The notes beneath the pieces were generated by a model. It made no database searches, was not told where the DNA came from, and saw only the letters and a list, made by a program, of their open reading frames with translations. Of a stretch of DNA of 64,000 nucleotides, positions 19,002-26,306 are shown in pieces; the first letter of the stretch is position 1, and every line of letters begins with the position of its first letter. Origin of the DNA: Escherichia phage RB49; the sequence record NC_005066.1; one strand, 5' to 3'. The position numbers and the translations under genes are program-made.

Positions 19002-19077
19002 ATACGATCACTTCGTATTTGACTCCATCAGCGATAGCTTTTACTTTATACCATCCATGCTTGTATAAAATCTTCAT
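18886..19077 (-). CDS. small Cys-rich protein (63 aa)
   Basis: ATG with GAGGAAA RBS directly after PeSL. Confidence 0.5.
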   Translation of the reverse strand: MKILYKHGWYKVKAIADGVKYEVIVFDGFNTYCEDVKLSSMGCAYDYCKQRIDNKANCFRPAK

Positions 19078-19150
19078 CTTTATTTCCTCAATCTCGTTTC
19101 GATGGGTGTATTATGCTATAGGCTAGACCAGGTTGTCAACAACTTTTTTA
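19078..19150 (-). promoter_or_regulatory. PeSL-like early promoter cassette
   Basis: tcgtttcgatgggtgtattatgctat...ttgtcaacaactttttta. Confidence 0.65.
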
Positions 19151-19162
19151 ATTTTTTGGGAA

Positions 19163-19190
19163 ATAAAAAAGCCGACGCTAAGGTCGGCTA
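19163..19190 (-). terminator. intrinsic terminator
   Basis: GCCGACgctaagGTCGGC hairpin with T7 on minus strand. Confidence 0.7.
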
Positions 19191-19196
19191 ATAAAA

Positions 19197-19505
19197 TCAT
19201 TTGGACAAATAATCATTCTGTGCAATCCGGTCGGCGTATGCTGGTGTTATGTCAATCGCCAGCACTTTAACGCGTGCTTTCTTGCGACCTGGGTTTTCTC
19301 GTAACCAGTGCTCATGACCGTGAACATTTTTATACTTTGATGCTTCTTCAAATGTACGGATCGGACCTGGGTAATCAGCGTAAAGGATCTCTAGGTCTTC
19401 GGTGATGTAAAAATATACATCGTAATTACTGTTCTCTAGTTTAAGCAGAGAGTTGCGAAATTGTGGTAAATTCTCGCGGGTAAATTCAACTACAAGATTT
19501 TTCAT
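19197..19505 (-). CDS. H-x-H-W family small protein (member 1)
   Basis: HGHEHW ... VLAIDI motif shared with five neighbouring ORFs. Confidence 0.6.
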   Translation of the reverse strand: MKNLVVEFTRENLPQFRNSLLKLENSNYDVYFYITEDLEILYADYPGPIRTFEEASKYKNVHGHEHWLRENPGRKKARVKVLAIDITPAYADRIAQNDYLSK

Positions 19506-19529
19506 AGTGATATCCTCATTCAGATAGAT

Positions 19530-19552
19530 TAAAAGGGGCTTAACGCCCCCCG
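19530..19552 (-). terminator. intrinsic terminator
   Basis: GGGGC-ttaac-GCCCC hairpin followed by T4 on minus strand. Confidence 0.5.
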
Positions 19553-19556
19553 TATA

Positions 19557-19844
19557 TTAAAACAGTCCTTCCTGTACACCGTAGTAGAGTTCGTCACTGA
19601 TAATTTCATTAATGCGACGGTGTGCATATTCCTGATTTGCGAAGTTATCAGCAAGTTCTACTTTAGTTTCGCCGTCATGAGTCCATTTAGTGATAACTTT
19701 ACCATCTGCAAATTTGAAGTTGAACTCTTTAGCTACTGCATCGCGTACCAGACGTGCGAACTTGTTGTTACGGATGGCATTATCGGTTTCGTGTGCAGCG
19801 TGAGCGAATTTGTTAACTTTCAGAGTGATAGTAATGTATGCCAT
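19557..19844 (-). CDS. small protein (95 aa)
   Basis: Track ORF preceded by PeSL. Confidence 0.55.
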   Translation of the reverse strand: MAYITITLKVNKFAHAAHETDNAIRNNKFARLVRDAVAKEFNFKFADGKVITKWTHDGETKVELADNFANQEYAHRRINEIISDELYYGVQEGLF

Positions 19845-19925
19845 AATTTGATTCTCCTAGTTAGAAAGTGTATCTCGTTTCGATGGGGATATTATGCTAT
19901 ATCCCCGATCCGGTGTCAACACTTT
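19845..19925 (-). promoter_or_regulatory. PeSL-like early promoter cassette
   Basis: aatttgattctcc...tcgtttcgatggggatattat...GGGGATattatgctatATCCCC...gtgtcaacac. Confidence 0.65.
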
Positions 19926-20219
19926 TTATAAAATAATTTTTTGATATTTTTCTATGATGTTTGTGTAGGTCACGTCAACCGCTAGCACCGTTGCTTCGAA
20001 TCCACCGTTTAGCCAATGGCTATGATCATGATCGTGAAAGAAACCTAGACCAGTACGAAGACCTTCTTTATATTCTGCGCGTACATTCAGTTTGTCGTCG
20101 ATAAACAGATAAAACCATGAATTTTTACTAGGATTGATGATACAACCTTTCAGATTAGGAAGAATATCACGACTAAGAATAAACTTATCACCTACTTTGA
20201 ACATAATATTAGTCCTCAC
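19926..20219 (-). CDS. H-x-H-W family small protein (member 2)
   Basis: HDHDHSHW ... VLAVDV. Confidence 0.6.
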   Translation of the reverse strand: MRTNIMFKVGDKFILSRDILPNLKGCIINPSKNSWFYLFIDDKLNVRAEYKEGLRTGLGFFHDHDHSHWLNGGFEATVLAVDVTYTNIIEKYQKIIL

Positions 20220-20529
20220 TTATAAGGTCAAACCAATTGTTTTTCGCATAATGCTTAATGCGTGCTTGATCTGCTTCCGCTGGTGATAGATTCCATGCAA
20301 CCACTACAACTTCTGACGCATCGTCATCCGTTTCTGATACCCAATGATTGTGATTCATACAGTTATTTGCTATCGAGTGAGCAAATGATTTCATCACTGG
20401 AGACGTATAATCATAGTAACGGATTTTCAGATTTTCATCAACGTACAAGTAGATCGTATACGGCTTATATTCAGTAACCAGTAACAGACAGTTACGCAAT
20501 TCTGGGAAAATCTTTTTAGTTAATTTCAT
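20209..20529 (-). CDS. H-x-H-W family small protein (member 3)
   Basis: NHNHW motif; N-terminus parallels member 1; start at ATG with GAGGA RBS. Confidence 0.55.
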   Translation of the reverse strand: MKLTKKIFPELRNCLLLVTEYKPYTIYLYVDENLKIRYYDYTSPVMKSFAHSIANNCMNHNHWVSETDDDASEVVVVAWNLSPAEADQARIKHYAKNNWFDLISED

Positions 20530-20530
20530 T

Positions 20531-20749
20531 TTATAATCCTCGGTCTCGGCTATAGTACACGGTACGCCATACAATTTCATGTTTCGTGTCGCTCCAGCAC
20601 ACGATCTCATTTACTCTTAAATCTTTGTTATCAACAAAAGATGAACATTGTGACGCTTCTTTCATCATTTTATCTGCTGTTTTCTCATCAAATACAGCAC
20701 AGATTTCTTTATACACTCGATAATCTTTGAATTGACTCTGAATACCCAT
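20531..20749 (-). CDS. small protein, tandem paralog A (KMMKEASQC motif)
   Basis: FKDYRVYKEI...KMMKEASQCSSF parallels next ORF; start moved to internal ATG. Confidence 0.5.
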   Translation of the reverse strand: MGIQSQFKDYRVYKEICAVFDEKTADKMMKEASQCSSFVDNKDLRVNEIVCWSDTKHEIVWRTVYYSRDRGL

Positions 20750-20972
20750 AATTAACACCATTCCAACCAATTGTTTTTGAGAAAACGTTTATCCACTGTT
20801 GAGTGTAGCATGTTTCTTTCCATGATACAATACGAGTGGAATAATGGTTTTTGTTTCCAGAAAAGGACGGGCATTTTGATGCATCTTCCATCATCTTTTC
20901 GGCGAACTCTGGTGCGTATACTCGCAGGATCTGTTGATATGCTTTGTATTCTTTAAATTTGCTCATAATCAT
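20709..20972 (-). CDS. small protein, tandem paralog B (KMMEDASKC motif)
   Basis: KFKEYKAYQQIL...KMMEDASKCPSF. Confidence 0.5.
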   Translation of the reverse strand: MIMSKFKEYKAYQQILRVYAPEFAEKMMEDASKCPSFSGNKNHYSTRIVSWKETCYTQQWINVFSKTIGWNGVNYGYSESIQRLSSV

Positions 20973-21231
20973 TCACTACCTTATCAGCTTCTTTTGTTGT
21001 TTTTACATCAACTGCGATAACTCGTAAAGGTTCGTCATGGTTCCACCAGTGGTCATGAATATCAGCTTGTGATTTATCACCAAAGGAATCACGAATATCA
21101 TTTTTACATTTATAGCTAATGTGACCTTCATAGTCAACATAAAGGTAATTATCGAAAATCGGCGTTTTTAAGATCATACCGAAAAATCTTTCTTTGTGTG
21201 TCTTATCCAGCGTTGCAGTAATTCGCATCAT
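20953..21231 (-). CDS. H-x-H-W family small protein (member 4)
   Basis: DIHDHWW ... VIAVDV. Confidence 0.6.
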   Translation of the reverse strand: MMRITATLDKTHKERFFGMILKTPIFDNYLYVDYEGHISYKCKNDIRDSFGDKSQADIHDHWWNHDEPLRVIAVDVKTTKEADKVVNDYEQI

Positions 21232-21243
21232 AATATATTCCTC

Positions 21244-21423
21244 TTAGAAAGGGATGGTCATTTCTTGAGCTTGTACATTCTCGTTAGGATTAAACTTCAT
21301 CCAGCCGATATTGTCTACCAGCATATGCACATTTTTATCATATCCTACGTGAGTAGTCAACACTAAATGTGCTTTACCTTCAATGATGAGTTCCATGTAC
21401 TTCTGAACTTCGATAGCTTTCAT
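21244..21423 (-). CDS. small protein (59 aa)
   Basis: Hand-found ORF MKAIEVQKYMELIIEGKAHLVL... directly after PeSL. Confidence 0.5.
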   Translation of the reverse strand: MKAIEVQKYMELIIEGKAHLVLTTHVGYDKNVHMLVDNIGWMKFNPNENVQAQEMTIPF

Positions 21424-21487
21424 TTTGATTCTCCGTTTGTTGTCTTGATGGGAGTATCTTACTACTCCATTTAATCATTGTCAACTA
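21424..21487 (-). promoter_or_regulatory. PeSL-like early promoter cassette
   Basis: gattctccgtttgttgtcttgatgGGAGTAtcttacTACTCC...ttgtcaactat. Confidence 0.6.
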
Positions 21488-21655
21488 TTATTTGTTAATT
21501 TCTGGTGCGTTGCTCGGATAGTAACCTTCTTTAACACCTAGATATTTTGCAACCATTCCGGTGATCTTCTGTGCTACTACGATATCGAATTTCAGGTAGT
21601 CTTCACCGTGGTTTGCTACAATGTATGCTTCGCATTCTGCTTTAGTCTGGAACAT
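21488..21655 (-). CDS. small protein (55 aa), paralog of 17162..17329
   Basis: MFQTKAECEAYIVANHGEDYLKFDIVVAQKITGMVAKYLGVKEGYYPSNAPEINK; track ORF is extended into the PeSL. Confidence 0.65.
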   Translation of the reverse strand: MFQTKAECEAYIVANHGEDYLKFDIVVAQKITGMVAKYLGVKEGYYPSNAPEINK

Positions 21656-21723
21656 TTTTGATTCTCCTATATCTCGTTGGTATGTGTGCATTATAGGGGA
21701 TCACCGATCCCCTGTCAACAACT
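21656..21723 (-). promoter_or_regulatory. PeSL-like early promoter cassette
   Basis: tttgattctcc...AGGGGATCaccGATCCCCT gtcaacaacttt. Confidence 0.65.
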
Positions 21724-22017
21724 TTATAATGCTTTATATGCGTATTTCATAAATTTGTCTGCCACTTCATTGGCATGTTCAGATTCTACGCCTGATTCGA
21801 GAACAATAGCTAGGTCGGTTTCGTCATTCCCGCCGTACCAATGATTTGATGTTCGATTTTTTTCAATTGGAAATTGGTCACTTTTATCTGTGCGACAAAA
21901 TACATCTAAATGCTCGTCGATGTAAAAGATCCAATCTTCATAAAGAATAACGGTATTAGCAAGATTTTTATTGCCTTCAACGAAAGGTTCCGCGACAAAT
22001 AGCTTAGTTTGTTCCAT
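21724..22017 (-). CDS. H-x-H-W family small protein (member 5, divergent)
   Basis: NHWYGG...AIVLESG; start at ATG with GAGGAAA RBS. Confidence 0.5.
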   Translation of the reverse strand: MEQTKLFVAEPFVEGNKNLANTVILYEDWIFYIDEHLDVFCRTDKSDQFPIEKNRTSNHWYGGNDETDLAIVLESGVESEHANEVADKFMKYAYKAL

Positions 22018-22033
22018 AGTAATTTCCTCAAAA

Positions 22034-22225
22034 TTATACAGTTTCGTAAACTTCCCAATGTTCAGCGCCAACACGCTTAACGAAAAGGTTTTCTTTGATG
22101 TTATTCATAAACGTCTGGATGGATTTAATGCGGTTTGAAGGTTTCCATTCTTCGTTGGCATTGCGTCGATACATCATAACATTACCAGTTCGCTTATATT
22201 CAGCAACCATTTTAAGACCACACAT
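22034..22225 (-). CDS. small protein (63 aa)
   Basis: Track ORF, GAGGA RBS. Confidence 0.5.
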   Translation of the reverse strand: MCGLKMVAEYKRTGNVMMYRRNANEEWKPSNRIKSIQTFMNNIKENLFVKRVGAEHWEVYETV

Positions 22226-22282
22226 AATATTATCCTCAATTTGTGGGAGAGTATTACCCCTCCCAATGATTGTTATGTTATA

Positions 22283-22603
22283 TCACACAAAATGGCGTGT
22301 CAATGCTTCTTTTGCGGTTCCGCTAAGACTTTCAATCTCGCCTGGCATAACATCAACCGCCAGAACTTCTACAACATCCTCGGACCCTAACCAGTGAGTA
22401 TGGCCTTTGTAGAACTTGATAACCAGACCACCTTCCTCGTCCCATTTAACGCTATCGCTAGCCCACCACACATCACCGTCGATAAAGTTGATGTAAAGCA
22501 CACTACGCCACATTGAATTAATTACTTTCAATACTGCGCCTTTCATCTCTTCCACGGTATGGTCTTCCATTTTGAAGACCTCACCTACCTGAACTTTTGC
22601 CAT
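22283..22603 (-). CDS. H-x-H-W family small protein (member 6)
   Basis: GHTHWLGSEDVVEVLAVDV. Confidence 0.6.
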   Translation of the reverse strand: MAKVQVGEVFKMEDHTVEEMKGAVLKVINSMWRSVLYINFIDGDVWWASDSVKWDEEGGLVIKFYKGHTHWLGSEDVVEVLAVDVMPGEIESLSGTAKEALTRHFV

Positions 22604-22620
22604 TTAGTCACCTCTCTTTA

Positions 22621-22800
22621 TTACATAACAATCACGCCAGCCGTTGAAAGTTGATGTTTCAACTGAGCATTTTCTGCTACCGTCAAATCAATGATTTCTT
22701 GTGACGCTGCAATCATATAGCCATTGGTGATATTGTTTTGCATCAGTTCAATGGTTTCTTCGTTGTAGCGGATTTTAGCGATGATTTCGTTGAAGTTCAT
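22621..22800 (-). CDS. small protein (59 aa)
   Basis: MNFNEIIAKIRYNEE...; track ORF is extended into the PeSL. Confidence 0.55.
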   Translation of the reverse strand: MNFNEIIAKIRYNEETIELMQNNITNGYMIAASQEIIDLTVAENAQLKHQLSTAGVIVM

Positions 22801-22872
22801 AATTGATTCTCCTAGTTCGTTTCGGTATGTGTGTAGTATAGGGGATCGGTGATCCCCTGTCAACAACTTTTT
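22801..22872 (-). promoter_or_regulatory. PeSL-like early promoter cassette
   Basis: aattgattctcc...tcgtttcggtatgtgtgtagtat AGGGGATCggtGATCCCCT gtcaacaactttttt. Confidence 0.65.
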
Positions 22873-23202
22873 TTAAAGTTTTTCCATGATAACGGTCATA
22901 ATTACATCTTCTGCGCGAGCTGTCAGATTATCAGCGTCAGCATGTGGGCGGTTGGTTGTTACAGAGATAACACCGTTGCGCACTGGTTTGATATTGATAT
23001 CAAGATGATCCGCGAAACGTTCGTGATCCGCGAAACGTTCGCCAGTTACAGAATGAATTTTGGTGTTAAATTCTTTTGCCAGTGCCTTGCGAACTTCACG
23101 AATCAGGATAGCGTTTTTCAGTTGGTTCTCCGCGCTCATGGTCTTCTGGGTGTTCATGGTTCCGTCGAAGTCAATCATTGGCAGCGTTACGATGTATTTC
23201 AT
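22873..23202 (-). CDS. small protein (109 aa) containing in-frame duplication ERFADH-ERFADH
   Basis: Track ORF preceded by PeSL. Confidence 0.55.
   Translation of the reverse strand: MKYIVTLPMIDFDGTMNTQKTMSAENQLKNAILIREVRKALAKEFNTKIHSVTGERFADHERFADHLDINIKPVRNGVISVTTNRPHADADNLTARAEDVIMTVIMEKL
23007..23042. repeat. 18-bp perfect-to-near-perfect tandem duplication inside coding sequence
   Basis: gatccgcgaaacgttcgt / gatccgcgaaacgttcgc, adjacent. Confidence 0.8.
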
Positions 23203-23285
23203 TTTTGATTCTCCGTTTAAGAAAGTGTGTTTCGTTTTGATGTGTGTAGTATAGGGGATACGTGATCCCCTGTCAACAACTTTTT
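23203..23285 (-). promoter_or_regulatory. PeSL-like early promoter cassette
   Basis: ttttgattctcc...AGGGGATacgtGATCCCCT gtcaacaacttttttg. Confidence 0.65.
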
Positions 23286-23289
23286 TGAA

Positions 23290-23634
23290 TTATTTTTTCA
23301 TGAGCTTAATGGCTTCTTCCATAGCCAGCACATTTCGATAGTTAGGGTATCGTGTTAGATCGTCATACATTCGCTTAAGGGTGGAAACTTCCTCAAACTC
23401 TGGGTTTTCTAGATACAGTTGAACAAATTGTTTCTCTACCATCTCTGCTTTTAGCTTGTCTGCTTGTTCCTGTTCATATGATTTAGTTGGACCCAACACC
23501 AACAAAATGATAAAGGTGATCAACGGGCTAATGATCAACGATAGGAGAACATAACCGATAACGCTACGGTTTAAACGGCTTGCGTACATGCCTACTAGGA
23601 AAACAAAAAGGATATAGATAAACAGAAAGAACAT
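23290..23634 (-). CDS. small membrane protein (114 aa, two predicted TM helices)
   Basis: Hydrophobic N-terminal half MFFLFIYILFVFLVG...LLSLIISPLITFIILLVLG. Confidence 0.55.
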   Translation of the reverse strand: MFFLFIYILFVFLVGMYASRLNRSVIGYVLLSLIISPLITFIILLVLGPTKSYEQEQADKLKAEMVEKQFVQLYLENPEFEEVSTLKRMYDDLTRYPNYRNVLAMEEAIKLMKK

Positions 23635-23641
23635 ATAATGG

Positions 23642-24115
23642 TTACTCCTTATTTTCTCGCTCGTACTTTTCGAAATAAAATTCTACTGGCTGGTCATGAA
23701 TTGACAGCAAGCCAAAGCGTTTAGCCGCTCGCAATCCCATATTGCGCTGAATGTACTTCTGGAAGTTCTCGCGTATACACTTACGCCAGTATTCTAAGCC
23801 CATACAGCTTTTATAAAGATTGCATTGCACACACGCCGGATTCATGTTATCAAGTATATCATGTTCCGGTTTATGCATTCCTACAACCTTATACTTCCAC
23901 GATCCATCATCATTACGGGCAATTCGTCCATTTTCATCATAGACTACCTTTGAGCGTCGCAATACTGGTTTGATGTGGTCTGCGTGCCAGCGATCCCCTA
24001 GTTCCTCGCCACAATAGGCACAACGTCCACCATATTTCATTTTCAGGATCTGGCGTTGCTCTTTCTTTGACAATTTTTTAGGTTTAGGGGCTTTCGCCCC
24101 TTCATTATCACACAT
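23642..24115 (-). CDS. HNH endonuclease (157 aa)
   Basis: CAYCGEELGDRWHADHIKP ... NMNPACVQCN: CxxC-HxDH-N-CxxC HNH signature; overlaps 3' end of ligase gene. Confidence 0.75.
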   Translation of the reverse strand: MCDNEGAKAPKPKKLSKKEQRQILKMKYGGRCAYCGEELGDRWHADHIKPVLRRSKVVYDENGRIARNDDGSWKYKVVGMHKPEHDILDNMNPACVQCNLYKSCMGLEYWRKCIRENFQKYIQRNMGLRAAKRFGLLSIHDQPVEFYFEKYERENKE

Positions 24116-25604
24116 CGAATACCTCTTTTACTGTATTTGCAGTGGTCTTGTCGTAGCGAATACGTTTGATGATTGGGAGAAATAAAGAGAACTCCGGTTC
24201 ATCTTCTTTACGTGATTTGCTGCGGATATACCCGTTGCATGTCATCTCAATGACTTTTCCAATCAGGTTATGACGGTCAGTCCATAACATTTCTCGGTCG
24301 AGTTCATTTCGACGATCGAACGGAATTACACGTTCAGTACCATCATCACCTTTTTCGGTTGTAGTGTCGGTTAATCCCGATCCGGTGTTAGTCATCATTC
24401 GTCCGCACGCACTACGGACAGTAAAACCGCCTACCTTATTGGGGTCTTTACTATGCGGATATACATCAACAATTTCCGCGTCGAAGTCAATCACTTCTTT
24501 AAATTTAACCTGATCTTTACTACGGCGATCTTCAAATACACCATGTAAATTTTTAAGGATAATACCTTCTAAGCCCATGTTTACATAGCGATGATATACT
24601 TCGCGAGCTTCATCTATATTGTTAACTACAGTGTTTTCGATTATCTGAACACGAGGATCGTTAAGTTCTTCAACAATCTGTTTTAGTTCTTCGAATCGAT
24701 CTTTATATTGCTTCGTTGCTTTCTCATTTCCGTAATACACATCACGGTCGATAACATCCCAGACAGTATAAACAATACATTGGGCTTCTTCTTTTGGAAT
24801 AGTTCCTTTAAGTGATTTGTTGAGGATACCATTTCCAGTCTGACGGTCTGCAACAACGGATTCTTTCACTGCTTCCGCTACTGGCGTTAATGGCATTTCC
24901 TCTTCTTCAAATATCCATGACAGAGTACCATCATAAACGCTCTCAACGAAGTTCTGCGCTGGTGTTTGCGAAAGGGTAGGCATATATACCAATTCGCCAT
25001 CTAGAACAATTCCACGGCCTCGTAGACGCTCTAAAACCGCAAACAAATCATCAAGCCCTTGATAGGTATTACCTGAGCGGGTATAGATTGCTAATGTTTC
25101 CCCGTCAATATCAGCCATACCACGAGCGCCATCGCTTTTAAGTTGTGCATACGCCGGATATTTGATATTGGCAATGGTCTTATCAGAACATGACGATGCA
25201 AGGTGGCACGGCTGCTGGGGGATCAGTTTCTTCCATACCTTGTTTGCAGTGGTAGCGGAACAACCGCATTCCAGGTCACGATTCAGGACCATCATTGCAA
25301 CTTTAGCATCATCTTCTGACAAGCAAGTCAGAGTATCGGTAACTAGCTGTAATGCTGCATTACCAGTTACTTGACGTGTTGCAAGTTTATTTTTAAAGAC
25401 CTGCAATGCACCGGATAAAGACAATACAGACGAATAGCGAGACGGTTTATCGTATTTCTTTACGCCAAACGTAACCTGTTTGCAATATGCCAGATAAAAG
25501 CATTCTTTCAGCGTTTCATTGCTCGCGGATTCTTTCAGAATCTTTTCTTTCAGCGATGTTTTGTCTGTTGCTGCAAGCTGATTAATGATATTAAGAATTG
25601 ACAT
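24108..25604 (-). CDS. 30: gp30 ATP-dependent DNA ligase
   Basis: Collinear with T4 DNA ligase (KYPAYAQLKSDGAR adenylation motif, RDLECG); track ORF begins at upstream GTG. Confidence 0.95.
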   Translation of the reverse strand: MSILNIINQLAATDKTSLKEKILKESASNETLKECFYLAYCKQVTFGVKKYDKPSRYSSVLSLSGALQVFKNKLATRQVTGNAALQLVTDTLTCLSEDDAKVAMMVLNRDLECGCSATTANKVWKKLIPQQPCHLASSCSDKTIANIKYPAYAQLKSDGARGMADIDGETLAIYTRSGNTYQGLDDLFAVLERLRGRGIVLDGELVYMPTLSQTPAQNFVESVYDGTLSWIFEEEEMPLTPVAEAVKESVVADRQTGNGILNKSLKGTIPKEEAQCIVYTVWDVIDRDVYYGNEKATKQYKDRFEELKQIVEELNDPRVQIIENTVVNNIDEAREVYHRYVNMGLEGIILKNLHGVFEDRRSKDQVKFKEVIDFDAEIVDVYPHSKDPNKVGGFTVRSACGRMMTNTGSGLTDTTTEKGDDGTERVIPFDRRNELDREMLWTDRHNLIGKVIEMTCNGYIRSKSRKEDEPEFSLFLPIIKRIRYDKTTANTVKEVFDV

Positions 25605-26070
25605 TTTCACCTCGTTTTGTTAAACGTTCACGAATATCATTGAGGATACTACAAAATTCCGATTCAGTCAATATAGTCTTTAACGGATCAGTTCCACCTA
25701 TGCTATGACGTAATTTCTTATTTCCGGTCGCGAGTAATGCTTTACAAAATTCTGGGTTATTCCGTGCCATCGTAACAAATGCCAGATGTACCAGTCTGTA
25801 ATAATGCTCACTCATTCGATGAATCGGGCGACCCTGAAAATATAACATGTGATTCTCAATCTTTTCAGTTCTTCCGGTTCTTTTTGCTTTGCCGCCGTGC
25901 ATCAAAAAGATTTCTCTTTGTCTCTGAGGGTTCTTAAATCTTAGCCCCTGTAAAAATCCTTCTGTGCTGTTAATATCGCAACCAAATAGACGGAATGGTC
26001 TTTTATTGAAATTACTCAATTCACCCGATGGATAAGGTCCACCCGCATAGATATCAATTTCAGAAGTCAT
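25591..26070 (-). CDS. NADAR (YbiA/DUF1768)-like protein
   Basis: LSNF..., STEGFLQGLRF, LLATGNKKL..GG pattern consistent with NADAR domain (from memory of family consensus). Confidence 0.5.
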   Translation of the reverse strand: MTSEIDIYAGGPYPSGELSNFNKRPFRLFGCDINSTEGFLQGLRFKNPQRQREIFLMHGGKAKRTGRTEKIENHMLYFQGRPIHRMSEHYYRLVHLAFVTMARNNPEFCKALLATGNKKLRHSIGGTDPLKTILTESEFCSILNDIRERLTKRGENVNS

Positions 26071-26224
26071 TGAAACTAATCTCGCTAATCAGAGAGAACG
26101 GATCATAATCGTCATTAGGAATATCGATAGTAATCGAATGAGGATTTACCCATACACCAAACTGGTCTTCTTCGGTGAATACTTCGGTATGGATTTCGTG
26201 GATGTTTACATTCATAGTTTTCAT
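26060..26224 (-). CDS. small acidic protein (54 aa)
   Basis: Hand-found ORF MKTMNVNIHEIHTEVFTEEDQFGVWVNP...; AAGGAA RBS; stop overlaps next ATG. Confidence 0.45.
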   Translation of the reverse strand: MKTMNVNIHEIHTEVFTEEDQFGVWVNPHSITIDIPNDDYDPFSLISEISFNDF

Positions 26225-26276
26225 AATAAAATTCCTTAATAATCAATAACTTACAAAATCATATAGCCAAAATATA

Positions 26277-26300
26277 GGCGGGATTATTTCCCGCCGTTTA
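26277..26300 (-). terminator. hairpin terminator after gene 31
   Basis: GGCGGGA-ttattt-CCCGCC with T-rich tail on minus strand. Confidence 0.5.
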
Positions 26301-26306
26301 AAATAA

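Noticed and set aside
22226-22282. Additional PeSL-like element with GGGAG...CTCCC hairpin upstream of the gene at 22034-22225
   Set aside because: Lacks a recognisable TTGACA -35 and conserved leader; kept out of the feature list as too degenerate.
14704-23285. Possibility that the repeated ~70 bp elements form a CRISPR array
   Set aside because: Copies are imperfect, spaced by whole genes (200-900 bp) rather than 30-40 bp spacers, and each contains promoter and Shine-Dalgarno motifs oriented toward a downstream ORF.
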